This document shows, in pieces, positions 29,720 to 38,013 of a DNA stretch of 64,000 nt (its first letter is position 1; each line of letters starts with the position of its first letter). A program made the translations under genes and the position numbers. This DNA comes from an uncultured Chthoniobacterales bacterium (GTDB lineage Bacteria; Verrucomicrobiota; Verrucomicrobiia; Chthoniobacterales; CALDSX01), in assembly GCA_964652295.1 (NCBI GenBank), contig CAZZCL010000003.1:141-64140 (forward strand). The letters are read 5' to 3'. The notes under the pieces were generated by a model. The model was not told where the DNA came from. It worked only from the letters and a program-made list of their open reading frames with translations, and searched no databases.

Positions 29720-30289
29720 ATGCTGCGGAATCTCCTCTTCGGTTGTCTCACGTTTTTCATGGCGCTCGGGGGCCCACCACCCGCCGCTCATGCCCAACAG
29801 GAAGCTCGACTTCGCGTGGGCGACGTGATCCTGATCCGTCTCAGTGGCGTTCCGGCCGATGAAACGGCCATGTTCGGCGAAATGCGTCTTGCCGACGACG
29901 GAACCATCAACCTCCCCTGGATCGGTCGCATCCAGGCCGCAGGGATGACAGCTTCCCAGCTTCAGAGATCCATCGAGGAGCGCTACGTTAGCGAACAGAT
30001 TTATTCCAATCCCACAGTGATCATCACCGGGCAGGATGCGGCGCGGTTCGTGAACGTGGGCGGCGCAGTGCGCGCCCCGCAACGGGTTTCGTGGACGCCG
30101 GATATGACGCTTCTTACCGCCATCAACGCTGCAGGCGGTTTCAACGATTTCGCCAATCAGAAGCGGGTGCGTCTGCTGCGCAGTGGCCAAGCCAGCACGC
30201 ATAACGTCGCCGAATTCCGAGCCGATCCTTCGCGCGACATCCCGGTCCAACCAGGCGACACCATCGAAGTGCCGCAGAAATTGTTTTAG
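29720..30289 (+). CDS. Short outer-membrane polysaccharide export (OPX, Wza-like) protein: Poly_export plus SLBB only
   Basis: Signal peptide, then VGDVILIRL...DGTINLPWIGRIQAAGMTASQLQ and an SLBB-like C-terminus (QPGDTIEVP). At 189 aa it is too short to carry a Wza OM-spanning helix. Confidence 0.8.
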   Translation: MLRNLLFGCLTFFMALGGPPPAAHAQQEARLRVGDVILIRLSGVPADETAMFGEMRLADDGTINLPWIGRIQAAGMTASQLQRSIEERYVSEQIYSNPTVIITGQDAARFVNVGGAVRAPQRVSWTPDMTLLTAINAAGGFNDFANQKRVRLLRSGQASTHNVAEFRADPSRDIPVQPGDTIEVPQKLF

Positions 30290-30365
30290 TGCGCCCTTCG
30301 ACGGCGGCAGCTTCGCCTTCGGTCCACATGACGACCCGCTCAACGCCTGCGGTATCGCACTGAAC

Positions 30366-31280
30366 ATGGCTGGCACCGATCCTCCGGATCTGCTGGACGG
30401 GACATTTCTGGCGCGGCTTGAAAAGTTGCGAATCCTGTCCAAACGCCTTTTCCGCGGGCGACAACGGGCTGAGCGGCGATCGAAAACCACCGGGGCCAGC
30501 CTTGAATTCGCGGATTATCGCGAATTTGTGCCCGGTGACGATCTCCGCAACGTCGATTGGACGGTGTACGGCCGCTCAGACCGCCTCTATCTGAAGCTTT
30601 ATGAGGAGGAGGAAGACGTCGATATTCATCTCCTCGTCGATTGCAGCGCTTCCATGAACTGGCCGACCGATTCGTCGCGGGACACAGTCACAAAATTCGG
30701 ATGGGCGCGGCGGACCGCCGCCGCCTTGAGCTACATTGCATTGTGCAACCTGGACCGGGTTTGCGTTCATGGCTTTTCCTCGCAGCTCGGCGCAAACGCA
30801 GGACTGCGGCGGGGCCGTCAACAGTTCCACGTGGTGCTGCGTTTCCTGCGTTCACTGGAGATATCTCCAGCCCCGACGAGCCTCGCAATGGCTGCCCGGG
30901 AAACAGTTGCCCGGGTGCGCCGGGCGGGATTGTTGATTGTGCTGTCGGACTTTCTGGATCCGGCTGGTTGGGACCAGCCGCTGACGCTGTTGAAGCATCA
31001 CGGTTTCGACGTGCACCTGATCCATATTTTGGATCCGCGGGAGATTGCCCCGGAGGCAGCGGGCGATCTGCGGATTGTCGATTCGGAATCCGGAGAGCAA
31101 GTCGACGTGAACGCCTCACCCGCCGCACTCGAAGCGTACAAACATGCAATCGCTGCCTGGACCGAAGATCTGGACGGCTTTTGCGCCCGCCGGGAGATCG
31201 GGATCGCTCGCATGACGACCGGCAGCGATTTTGAACGTTTCATTTTAAAAGCGCTGCGGGAGGTGCGCCTGCTGGGCTGA
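30366..31280 (+). CDS. DUF58 domain protein (vWA-like, normally MoxR-associated)
   Basis: Motifs GASLEFADYREFVPGDDLRNVDWTVYGRSDRLYLKLYEEE and LLVDCSASM. Confidence 0.8.
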   Translation: MAGTDPPDLLDGTFLARLEKLRILSKRLFRGRQRAERRSKTTGASLEFADYREFVPGDDLRNVDWTVYGRSDRLYLKLYEEEEDVDIHLLVDCSASMNWPTDSSRDTVTKFGWARRTAAALSYIALCNLDRVCVHGFSSQLGANAGLRRGRQQFHVVLRFLRSLEISPAPTSLAMAARETVARVRRAGLLIVLSDFLDPAGWDQPLTLLKHHGFDVHLIHILDPREIAPEAAGDLRIVDSESGEQVDVNASPAALEAYKHAIAAWTEDLDGFCARREIGIARMTTGSDFERFILKALREVRLLG

Positions 31281-31328
31281 GACACGCAAGCAGCTTGCGG
31301 GTTGGAATCGGTCCGTTTATAGAAGATC

Positions 31329-32015
31329 ATGCTGGACTTGATGAGCAAAGGCGGCCCGCTGATGTGGGTTCTGCTCCTGTGCAGTGTGGCACTCGTTGGT
31401 GTATTTCTGGAACGTCTCATCCATTTTCACCGGGCGACAATCCACGTCGGCGAATTTCTTCAGGGGCTGTCCACGTTGATCCGTCGACGTTCCTACGCAG
31501 AGGCGCTCCACGAAACCAGCGGCATGCCAGGGCCCGTCGCGCGTGTGATTCACGCTGCGTTATTGAACCACGGTATGCCGCGGGCAGATCTCAAAGCCAT
31601 CGTACAGGAGTCCGGCCAGTTGGAAGTTCCAAAGCTGGAGCGCTACCTGTTCGTGATTTCGACCATCGCGTATGCGGCACCGCTTATTGGTTTCCTTGGC
31701 ACGGTCACCGGCCTGCTCGATGCGTTTACAGAGCTGACAACCCGCAGCGGATACGCAACCGCGACGGATCTTTCCGCTGGAATTTATCAGGCATTGATTA
31801 CCACCAGCACAGGTCTGGCAGTCGGCATCGCCGCGTTCGTGGCTCACAATTACCTGTCGGCACGGGTCAATTCCCTGCTGCATGACATGGAGCGGGGCGG
31901 GATCGAAGCGCTGCATCTGATTTGCGACGAGACGATGCCGGCTTCAATCGTCGCGTTTGCGCCCGGTACACGTTCTTCGCCGCAACTGCCATCCCAGCCC
32001 GCCACTCAAGGATGA
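31329..32015 (+). CDS. exbB: MotA/TolQ/ExbB-family channel protein (TM3 Glu replaced by Gln)
   Basis: Three TM helices. APLIGFLGTVTGLLDAF aligns with the E. coli SPFVGLFGTVWGIMNSF, and GIYQALITTSTGL aligns with GIAEALLATAIGL. Confidence 0.85.
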   Translation: MLDLMSKGGPLMWVLLLCSVALVGVFLERLIHFHRATIHVGEFLQGLSTLIRRRSYAEALHETSGMPGPVARVIHAALLNHGMPRADLKAIVQESGQLEVPKLERYLFVISTIAYAAPLIGFLGTVTGLLDAFTELTTRSGYATATDLSAGIYQALITTSTGLAVGIAAFVAHNYLSARVNSLLHDMERGGIEALHLICDETMPASIVAFAPGTRSSPQLPSQPATQG

Positions 32016-32416
32016 AGCTCGAGCGAAGCCGGCGCACAGAGTTTGCGCCCGTGATTTTTTTTCCGATGCTCAACGTGGTGCTGTTGTTGCTGCTGTTTTT
32101 CATTCTCGGATCCCAATTCGTCCTGCAGCCCGGCATTTCGTTGTCGCTCCCGGGCACTTCGTTTGCGCTGCCTCCGCAGCCCGGCGCGCGCTTTATCAGC
32201 GTTACTGCGGGTAATCCTGCCCGGATTTTTGTCGATGAAATCCAGACCACAGTGGACGGATTGCGGGAAATTCTTGCGGAAACCAGTGCACCAGCAGCTC
32301 CCATCATCATTCGTGCTGATCGTGGCGCGCGGTTCGAATCCGTGCTGGAGGTCGCCGACCGCGTGCTGGGTCTTGGTTATCCGGTTGCTGTGGCCGGCGT
32401 TTCGCAAGCGCAATGA
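32012..32416 (+). CDS. exbD: ExbD/TolR-family protein (TM Asp replaced by Asn)
   Basis: ATGA overlap with exbB. The TM segment PMLNVVLLLL aligns with ExbD PFIDVMLVLL and TolR PLLDVLLVLL. Confidence 0.8.
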   Translation: MKLERSRRTEFAPVIFFPMLNVVLLLLLFFILGSQFVLQPGISLSLPGTSFALPPQPGARFISVTAGNPARIFVDEIQTTVDGLREILAETSAPAAPIIIRADRGARFESVLEVADRVLGLGYPVAVAGVSQAQ

Positions 32417-33177
32417 ACACCGCCACGGTTTTCGATCATGCAGCAAAAGACGGTTCGACATCTGGCGCGCGGTCTCGGCTGGGCGGGTTTTTGCTGCTTT
32501 CAGCCGTGCTGCACGCCGGGGCTGTGCAAGCGTTTCTTGTGGTGTATCCGCCCCCGACACCACAATTTCCGGAGAATGCACGGTTGGAAGTCCTAACGCC
32601 GACCACGGTGCCTCAACCGGTACTTCACTGGGTGGAAAGCCAGGGGGCTCCAGCGGCTGCGCGGATGCTGCGAGCAGGGGGCAGTGAACGCGAAAGCGTG
32701 CTCGCATACCAACCGGGCTATGAACGCACGGAACTTACCTTGCGCAACGGGCCTCGCGCCCGCGCGTTGAGTCCAGCCGCAACATTCCCCCCTGCGCCAC
32801 CGCCGCTCCCATCCGGAGCCCCCAACCAAACAGAGCCAGAGCGCATCGCTGCACGCGTTGTGCCGACAGGCAGGCTGGATCCGGAGTTGTCCCGCATTTT
32901 GGGAATGCAACGGATTGCCATTCCCATTAAAGCCCGGGAGCTGGTCGGCACACCGCCGCGTCAGATTGACATCGTCTTCTTGCCGTCACTCGCGGGGCCG
33001 CTGGCATTTGAGCGCAACCCCGGCACGCCGCCGCTCAATCGCGATGTCGTCGGGGCTCTTGCGCGCTTGCGCCCGGCGGTGCCGGTTGATGGTCCGATCA
33101 TCGGCCAGACAACCATCCAGCTTGCCGGGATGCAGCGCGCGGAAAATCCCGCCAAAGAAACGGGGGGAGAAGAATGA
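32413..33177 (+). CDS. TonB/TolA-like energy-transducer candidate with a non-canonical C-terminal domain
   Basis: ATGA overlap with exbD. The TM anchor FLLLSAVLHAGAVQAF carries the SxxxH motif (compare TonB LLSVCIHGAVVAG). A Pro-rich spacer follows. The C-terminus does not look like TonB_C. Confidence 0.5.
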   Translation: MNTATVFDHAAKDGSTSGARSRLGGFLLLSAVLHAGAVQAFLVVYPPPTPQFPENARLEVLTPTTVPQPVLHWVESQGAPAAARMLRAGGSERESVLAYQPGYERTELTLRNGPRARALSPAATFPPAPPPLPSGAPNQTEPERIAARVVPTGRLDPELSRILGMQRIAIPIKARELVGTPPRQIDIVFLPSLAGPLAFERNPGTPPLNRDVVGALARLRPAVPVDGPIIGQTTIQLAGMQRAENPAKETGGEE

Positions 33178-33413
33178 TCGCTCTTTCGCTGGCATGGGCA
33201 ATTGCAATTTATCTCGCTCTTTTTCTTGGAGCGATCGCCGTGGTTTGGGTAGTGTACTCCTTCGACCAAAGACGGCGCGAGGCGCGCCTCGTTCGGCGGC
33301 GCGTCCGATGCCATATCTGTATGTGCGAATTTGAAGATCCTGCGGCAACAGCCCTTGTGCGTTGCCCGGTTTGCGACAGTTTGAACGAGCGGACAGGCGT
33401 GGAAAGGATTTAA
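33174..33413 (+). CDS. Small TM protein with a cytoplasmic CxxC...CxxC zinc-ribbon
   Basis: ATGA overlap with the upstream gene. One TM segment (LSLAWAIAIYLALFLGAIAVVWVVY), then a basic stretch, then CHICMCEF...RCPVCDSLNE. Confidence 0.55.
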   Translation: MIALSLAWAIAIYLALFLGAIAVVWVVYSFDQRRREARLVRRRVRCHICMCEFEDPAATALVRCPVCDSLNERTGVERI

Positions 33414-33417
33414 TTTT

Positions 33418-34593
33418 ATGGGAATGTGGATAGGAAAAAATCGGAAGGCACGGGTGACCTACGGCTTTGACGAGATCGCCCTCGTGCCGGGCCGCGTCAC
33501 CATCAATCCGAATGAAGTCGACATCGGGTTCGAGATCCCCAGAGGCGATGGTGCGCCCCTTAAGCTCGATATCCCGATATTCGCCAGCGCCATGGACGGT
33601 GTTGTCGACGTGCGGTTCGCAGCGGAGATGGCACGCCTCGGCGGGATGGGTGTTTTGAATCTGGAAGGCGTGCAGACACGCTACGAAAACCCCTCCGACG
33701 TCCTGCAGGAGGTGGTGCGATGCGATAAGGACCGGGTCACCGCTCTGATCCAAAAGATCTATACTGAACCCATCAAGGAACATCTCATTGCGCAACGGGT
33801 GCGCGAAATCAAGGAGTGCGGAGTTCCGGCTGCAGTGAGTTCCATCCCGCAAAAAGCCGATTCCTGCGGTCGAATCGCTGCTGAAGCCGGCGCAGATGTG
33901 TTTGTCGTGCAAAGCACCGTTTCCACGGTACGCCATATTTCCAGCGAGTACCGCTCTCTGGATCTTGCAAAATTCTGTGCGGAAATGCCAATCCCGGTGA
34001 TTGTCGGCAACACCGTTGGCTATGAGGTCACGCTGGAGATCATGGGCTGCGGACCGGCAGGCGTATTAATTGGCGTGGGACCGGGGGCAGCCTGCACATC
34101 CCGCGGTGTGCTCGGACTCGGCGTACCGCAGGTGACGGCGACGGTCGACTGCGCTGCGGCGCGCGATACCCATTTCAAAAAAACCGGGCGGTACGTACCG
34201 ATCATTACGGATGGCGGCATGAGCAAGGGAGGCGACGTCTGCAAGGCCTTCGCCTGCGGGGCCGATGCAGTGATGGTGGGGAGCGCGTTTGCCAAAGCCC
34301 AGGAAGCGCCTGGCGGCGGATATCATTGGGGTATGGCAACGCCTCACGCCAATCTGCCGCGCGGCACGCGCATCCACGTTGGCACAACAGGCCCACTGAA
34401 GCAGATCTTATTCGGGCCCGCAGAAATCGATGATGGCAGCCAGAACCTCGTTGGAGCCATCACAACCTGCATGGGCAACGTTGGGGCATTCACCATCCGT
34501 GAACTGCAGGAGACCGAAATCATCATTGCCCCATCCATCCGCACAGAAGGCAAAGTGTTTCAAACTGTGCAAAGCGTGGGCATGGCGCGATGA
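33418..34593 (+). CDS. GuaB3-type IMP dehydrogenase-related protein (no CBS pair)
   Basis: N-terminus IGKNRKARVTYGFDEIALVPGRVT. The catalytic-loop-like GVGPGAACTSRGVLG is present. 391 aa. Confidence 0.8.
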   Translation: MGMWIGKNRKARVTYGFDEIALVPGRVTINPNEVDIGFEIPRGDGAPLKLDIPIFASAMDGVVDVRFAAEMARLGGMGVLNLEGVQTRYENPSDVLQEVVRCDKDRVTALIQKIYTEPIKEHLIAQRVREIKECGVPAAVSSIPQKADSCGRIAAEAGADVFVVQSTVSTVRHISSEYRSLDLAKFCAEMPIPVIVGNTVGYEVTLEIMGCGPAGVLIGVGPGAACTSRGVLGLGVPQVTATVDCAAARDTHFKKTGRYVPIITDGGMSKGGDVCKAFACGADAVMVGSAFAKAQEAPGGGYHWGMATPHANLPRGTRIHVGTTGPLKQILFGPAEIDDGSQNLVGAITTCMGNVGAFTIRELQETEIIIAPSIRTEGKVFQTVQSVGMAR

Positions 34594-35219
34594 ACAGCGA
34601 GCGGGTGCTGGTCATTCCCCGGACGGTGTTCGAAAACGCCGGCGCCTTTCAGGGGCTGCAGGTCACTGGATTGCCGGTTTATCTCAAGGCATTTTTCGAT
34701 CCCGGATCCAATCTTTTCCTCGAACGCTCTGTTGCGGAGACCGATCCGGGACACAAGCAACTCATCCCCTACGCCATCCTGAAGCGGAGCGGACGACTTC
34801 TTCACTATGTGCGTGGCGGCGGGTCCGGGGAAAAACGGCTTGTCGCCAAAGGATCCATCGGAATAGGGGGACATCTTAACGAATTGGACTCCATGCATTT
34901 GGACGAAAACGCCTACGAGCGGCTCGTCCTGAGGGAGCTGCACGAGGAACTCGACATCGACGGATCATTCGACAACCGCATTGTTGCACTATTGAATGAC
35001 GACAGCACCGAGGTTGGTCGCGTGCATCTCGGAATCGTGCATGTGCTGGACCTGGATTCCTCAGCCTCCATCAAAGTGCGGGAACAGGACATCCAGGATC
35101 TCCAATGGCGGTCTCCCGACGAACTCCGTCAGCACCTTGGCGAGTTGGAAACGTGGTCGCGTTTGTGTGTGGAAAATCTTTCGCGGCTTGGAATCGGTGG
35201 CATGGACGATTTTCAGTAA
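34590..35219 (+). CDS. Nudix-like phosphoesterase (MutT superfamily)
   Basis: ATGA overlap with the GuaB3-like gene. Carries a Nudix-box-like GIGGHLNE...RELHEELDI. Confidence 0.6.
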   Translation: MNSERVLVIPRTVFENAGAFQGLQVTGLPVYLKAFFDPGSNLFLERSVAETDPGHKQLIPYAILKRSGRLLHYVRGGGSGEKRLVAKGSIGIGGHLNELDSMHLDENAYERLVLRELHEELDIDGSFDNRIVALLNDDSTEVGRVHLGIVHVLDLDSSASIKVREQDIQDLQWRSPDELRQHLGELETWSRLCVENLSRLGIGGMDDFQ

Positions 35220-35241
35220 TCCCCCTGACCACTGGCAAAGA

Positions 35242-36195
35242 TCAGGAATGCTGTGGCCAGATTGCCGCGAAATATGCGGCATAGGCAGCCAACAACACGG
35301 CTCCTTCAAAACGTTGCAACCGCCTGCCGCTCCATAACAACGGCAATAGAAGCAGTGAGATGCCCAGCATCGCCGCAATATCCAGCATTCCAATACCGGG
35401 CGCCGAGATCGGAGCGACAACACCCGCTGCGCCAAGAATGCAGAGAATGTTGAAGATGTTCGATCCCACGACATTTCCGACTGCGATGTCTGGCTCCTTT
35501 TTGATCGCCGCAACGGCGGATGTGGCCAGTTCAGGCACACTTGTCCCAGCGGCCACAATGGTCAGGCCGATCAGCGCCTCGCTGACACCAAAATCGCGGG
35601 CAATCTCAGATGCACTTTCGACAAGCAGCCGCGCACCAACAACAAGCGCTCCCAACCCGCCGACGATCAGAAGTAAATCCTTCCTCAGACTCCCGCTGAG
35701 ATGCGGAATGCCTTCCTCGTACTCGGCAACAAGCTCTGCGCTGACGTTCCTGCGGGCCAATACCACGTTCATAAGAGTGTAGCCGACGATCCCCGAAAAA
35801 AGCAGGACGCCTTCCAGCCGGTCGATCTGCCCGTCCAACAGAAGAACCGGCACCGCAAAGGACACCGCCACCATGATGGGAGCGTCGACCCGAAGAATCT
35901 GCGATTTGACAGGCACCGGACACAGCAGAGCGGTCAGACCAAGAATCACCCCGATATTGAACAGGTTGGAGCCGACTACGTTCCCGAGTGCAATATCGCC
36001 CTGCCCAATTGAGGCGGCTTTCACGCACACGACAAGCTCCGGAGAGCTGGTGCTGAAACTTACGATGGTCAACCCGATCATCAGCGGCGTCAGCCCGGCC
36101 CGCAAAGCCAGCGAGGCGCTGCCTTTTACCAGGAATTCAGCACCGAAGTAAAGGATGCCAACTGAAAGAGCAAGAACCGTAAAATGTATCGCCAT
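35242..36195 (-). CDS. Ca2+/Na+ antiporter (CaCA family, YrbG-like)
   Basis: Two alpha-repeats, GNVVGSNLFNIGVILG and GNVVGSNIFNILCILG. About 10 TM helices. Confidence 0.9.
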   Translation of the reverse strand: MAIHFTVLALSVGILYFGAEFLVKGSASLALRAGLTPLMIGLTIVSFSTSSPELVVCVKAASIGQGDIALGNVVGSNLFNIGVILGLTALLCPVPVKSQILRVDAPIMVAVSFAVPVLLLDGQIDRLEGVLLFSGIVGYTLMNVVLARRNVSAELVAEYEEGIPHLSGSLRKDLLLIVGGLGALVVGARLLVESASEIARDFGVSEALIGLTIVAAGTSVPELATSAVAAIKKEPDIAVGNVVGSNIFNILCILGAAGVVAPISAPGIGMLDIAAMLGISLLLLPLLWSGRRLQRFEGAVLLAAYAAYFAAIWPQHS

Positions 36196-36228
36196 GACCC
36201 GGATAGTTCGCAGCTGCCAAGTGTGCTA

Positions 36229-37194
36229 CTACATGCCAAGGAGAAACTCGAACGCGGCATCTTCCCATCCGGGAAGGGATTCGTGTCGGAAATCCGGATA
36301 GGTCAGCGTGCGCTTCGGGCCACGAATTTTGTTGAAAGCCGCGAACTGCGTTGAAGGCGGACAAATACTGTCCATCAGGCCGACGCCCATCAGAACTTCC
36401 GCCTGGATCCGCTCCGCAAGATGCTGCACATCGATGTAGCCGAGACGTGTGAAAATCTCCTCCTCACGTTCATGCCGCGGATCGTGATGGCGAAAAAACG
36501 TCGTCAGCTCGTTGTAAGCATCCTTCGCAAGATCCATTTCCCAGACGCGTTGATAATCGCACAGAAACGGGAACCGCGGCGCAGCCCGGCGGATGCGGGG
36601 CTCCAAAGCCGCGCACGCAAGTGTCAGTCCGCCGCCTTGCGACCCGCCGCATGCGCCGATCCTTCCGGCATCCACAGTATCGAATGCCATGACGACCCGC
36701 GCGAGCTGGACGGTATCCAAAAAAATCTGCCGAAACAGCAACCGGCGGGGATCGGGATCGTCAAGGCCACGAACGATCTGGCCGCAGTGCGTTGTGCCGC
36801 GGACTCCGCCGGGATCTTCGCTCAATCCCCCCTGCCCCCGGCAATCCATGGTGGCGATTTCCAATCCGGCCGCGGTCCACGGAAGCAGTTCGATCCAATC
36901 GCCGCTCGCACCTGAGTATCCATGAAAACGCAGCACGGCAGCGCGCGGCGTTGAAGTCTCTCCGACAGGCCGCGCATGTTTGGCATGGATGCGCGCGCCG
37001 CCCACGCCCGTGAACCACAGGTGGGAACACTGTGCCACGCCCGCCCCAAACCCTGCAGGCTCCAGTTGCACATCCGGATCTACGGCATCCAGCTCGGAAA
37101 GTGCGGCAGCCCAGTAAGCATCGAAATCTTTGGGACGCGGGTTCATCCCGCGATACGTCTCGAGAGATTTCAGCGGCAGATCGACAAGCGGCAT
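36229..37194 (-). CDS. Acetylxylan esterase / cephalosporin-C deacetylase (CE7, AXE1 family)
   Basis: Motifs RGQGG, GGSQGGGL (the nucleophile Ser) and C-terminal FRHE. The ATG at 37194 gives MPLVDLPL.... Confidence 0.85.
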   Translation of the reverse strand: MPLVDLPLKSLETYRGMNPRPKDFDAYWAAALSELDAVDPDVQLEPAGFGAGVAQCSHLWFTGVGGARIHAKHARPVGETSTPRAAVLRFHGYSGASGDWIELLPWTAAGLEIATMDCRGQGGLSEDPGGVRGTTHCGQIVRGLDDPDPRRLLFRQIFLDTVQLARVVMAFDTVDAGRIGACGGSQGGGLTLACAALEPRIRRAAPRFPFLCDYQRVWEMDLAKDAYNELTTFFRHHDPRHEREEEIFTRLGYIDVQHLAERIQAEVLMGVGLMDSICPPSTQFAAFNKIRGPKRTLTYPDFRHESLPGWEDAAFEFLLGM

Positions 37195-37293
37195 GCGCAG
37201 ATCGTACGCTGCCTCTTTGGCGCGGCAACCCGAATCGTCCCTACCCGAAGCCCATGGCACATTGTCATCGACTGTGGCGTTGAGGATCTGAGC

Positions 37294-37977
37294 ATGTATC
37301 GTAATTCTGATCTGATGCTTGCCTGCATCCGCCGCAGGGTCGGCGCTGCCGTCACCCTTCCACGTCTATCCAGTCTCTGTGCTGCTCTCGTTGCTCTGAC
37401 CGGCCTTGCCAACGCCCAGATCGATCCGCGCGCGGTTGACAAGCTATCCGGCATGGGGCGGCGCCCGCTCGCTTTCTTTTCGCGCGAAAATAGCCGGGTG
37501 GATATCGATGTATCTGCCGTCGTACGCAACACCAGCCCCGAACGCCTTGTGCAAACGGCAGCCGCCTTTCCGTACTATGCAGCGTGGCGTTTCCCGATCG
37601 TTTCGAAGAGCGAATCTCTCGGTCCATACCGCACGCAGTTAACTTTTCACCTGCTCGGGTTCACGACGATTGCAGTACCCAGGATCCGCGAGTTTCGCGT
37701 CCGGGACAATGGTGCTGCCCTTGCGACATGGAACCTTGCTGGAGAACCTGCTCCGCGCGATTTCCACGTTTTCGCGGGTTCAGCATACGCACAGCCTCTT
37801 GGCAGCGGGCGCGTCTACTTTCGCTACCGCCTGAGCGTTGAGTCTGCCTACACACCTCCGGAATGGCTTATGACGCTTGTATTCGATACGTTGGGCCGGA
37901 AGTTTGCGCGCGATGCAGTCAAAGCACTCCTTCGCGCAGCGGAAAATCCGGAGCCCGCTCGACTCGGACGGCCTTGA
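37294..37977 (+). CDS. Hypothetical secreted protein
   Basis: 227 aa with a signal-like LCAALVALTGLANAQ. No family recognised. Confidence 0.55.
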   Translation: MYRNSDLMLACIRRRVGAAVTLPRLSSLCAALVALTGLANAQIDPRAVDKLSGMGRRPLAFFSRENSRVDIDVSAVVRNTSPERLVQTAAAFPYYAAWRFPIVSKSESLGPYRTQLTFHLLGFTTIAVPRIREFRVRDNGAALATWNLAGEPAPRDFHVFAGSAYAQPLGSGRVYFRYRLSVESAYTPPEWLMTLVFDTLGRKFARDAVKALLRAAENPEPARLGRP

Positions 37978-37981
37978 TCGA

Positions 37982-38008
37982 GGCCGGAGCGCCCTTTCAG
38001 CTCCGGCC
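37982..38008. terminator. GC hairpin between convergent genes
   Basis: GGCCGGAGC-gccctttca-GCTCCGGCC is a 9-bp stem. No strong U-tract. Confidence 0.4.
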
Positions 38009-38013
38009 AGGAA

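Noticed and set aside
32986-33936. 316-aa - strand ORF
   Set aside because: It is antisense to the TonB-like, zinc-ribbon and GuaB3-like genes, which are chained by ATGA overlaps.
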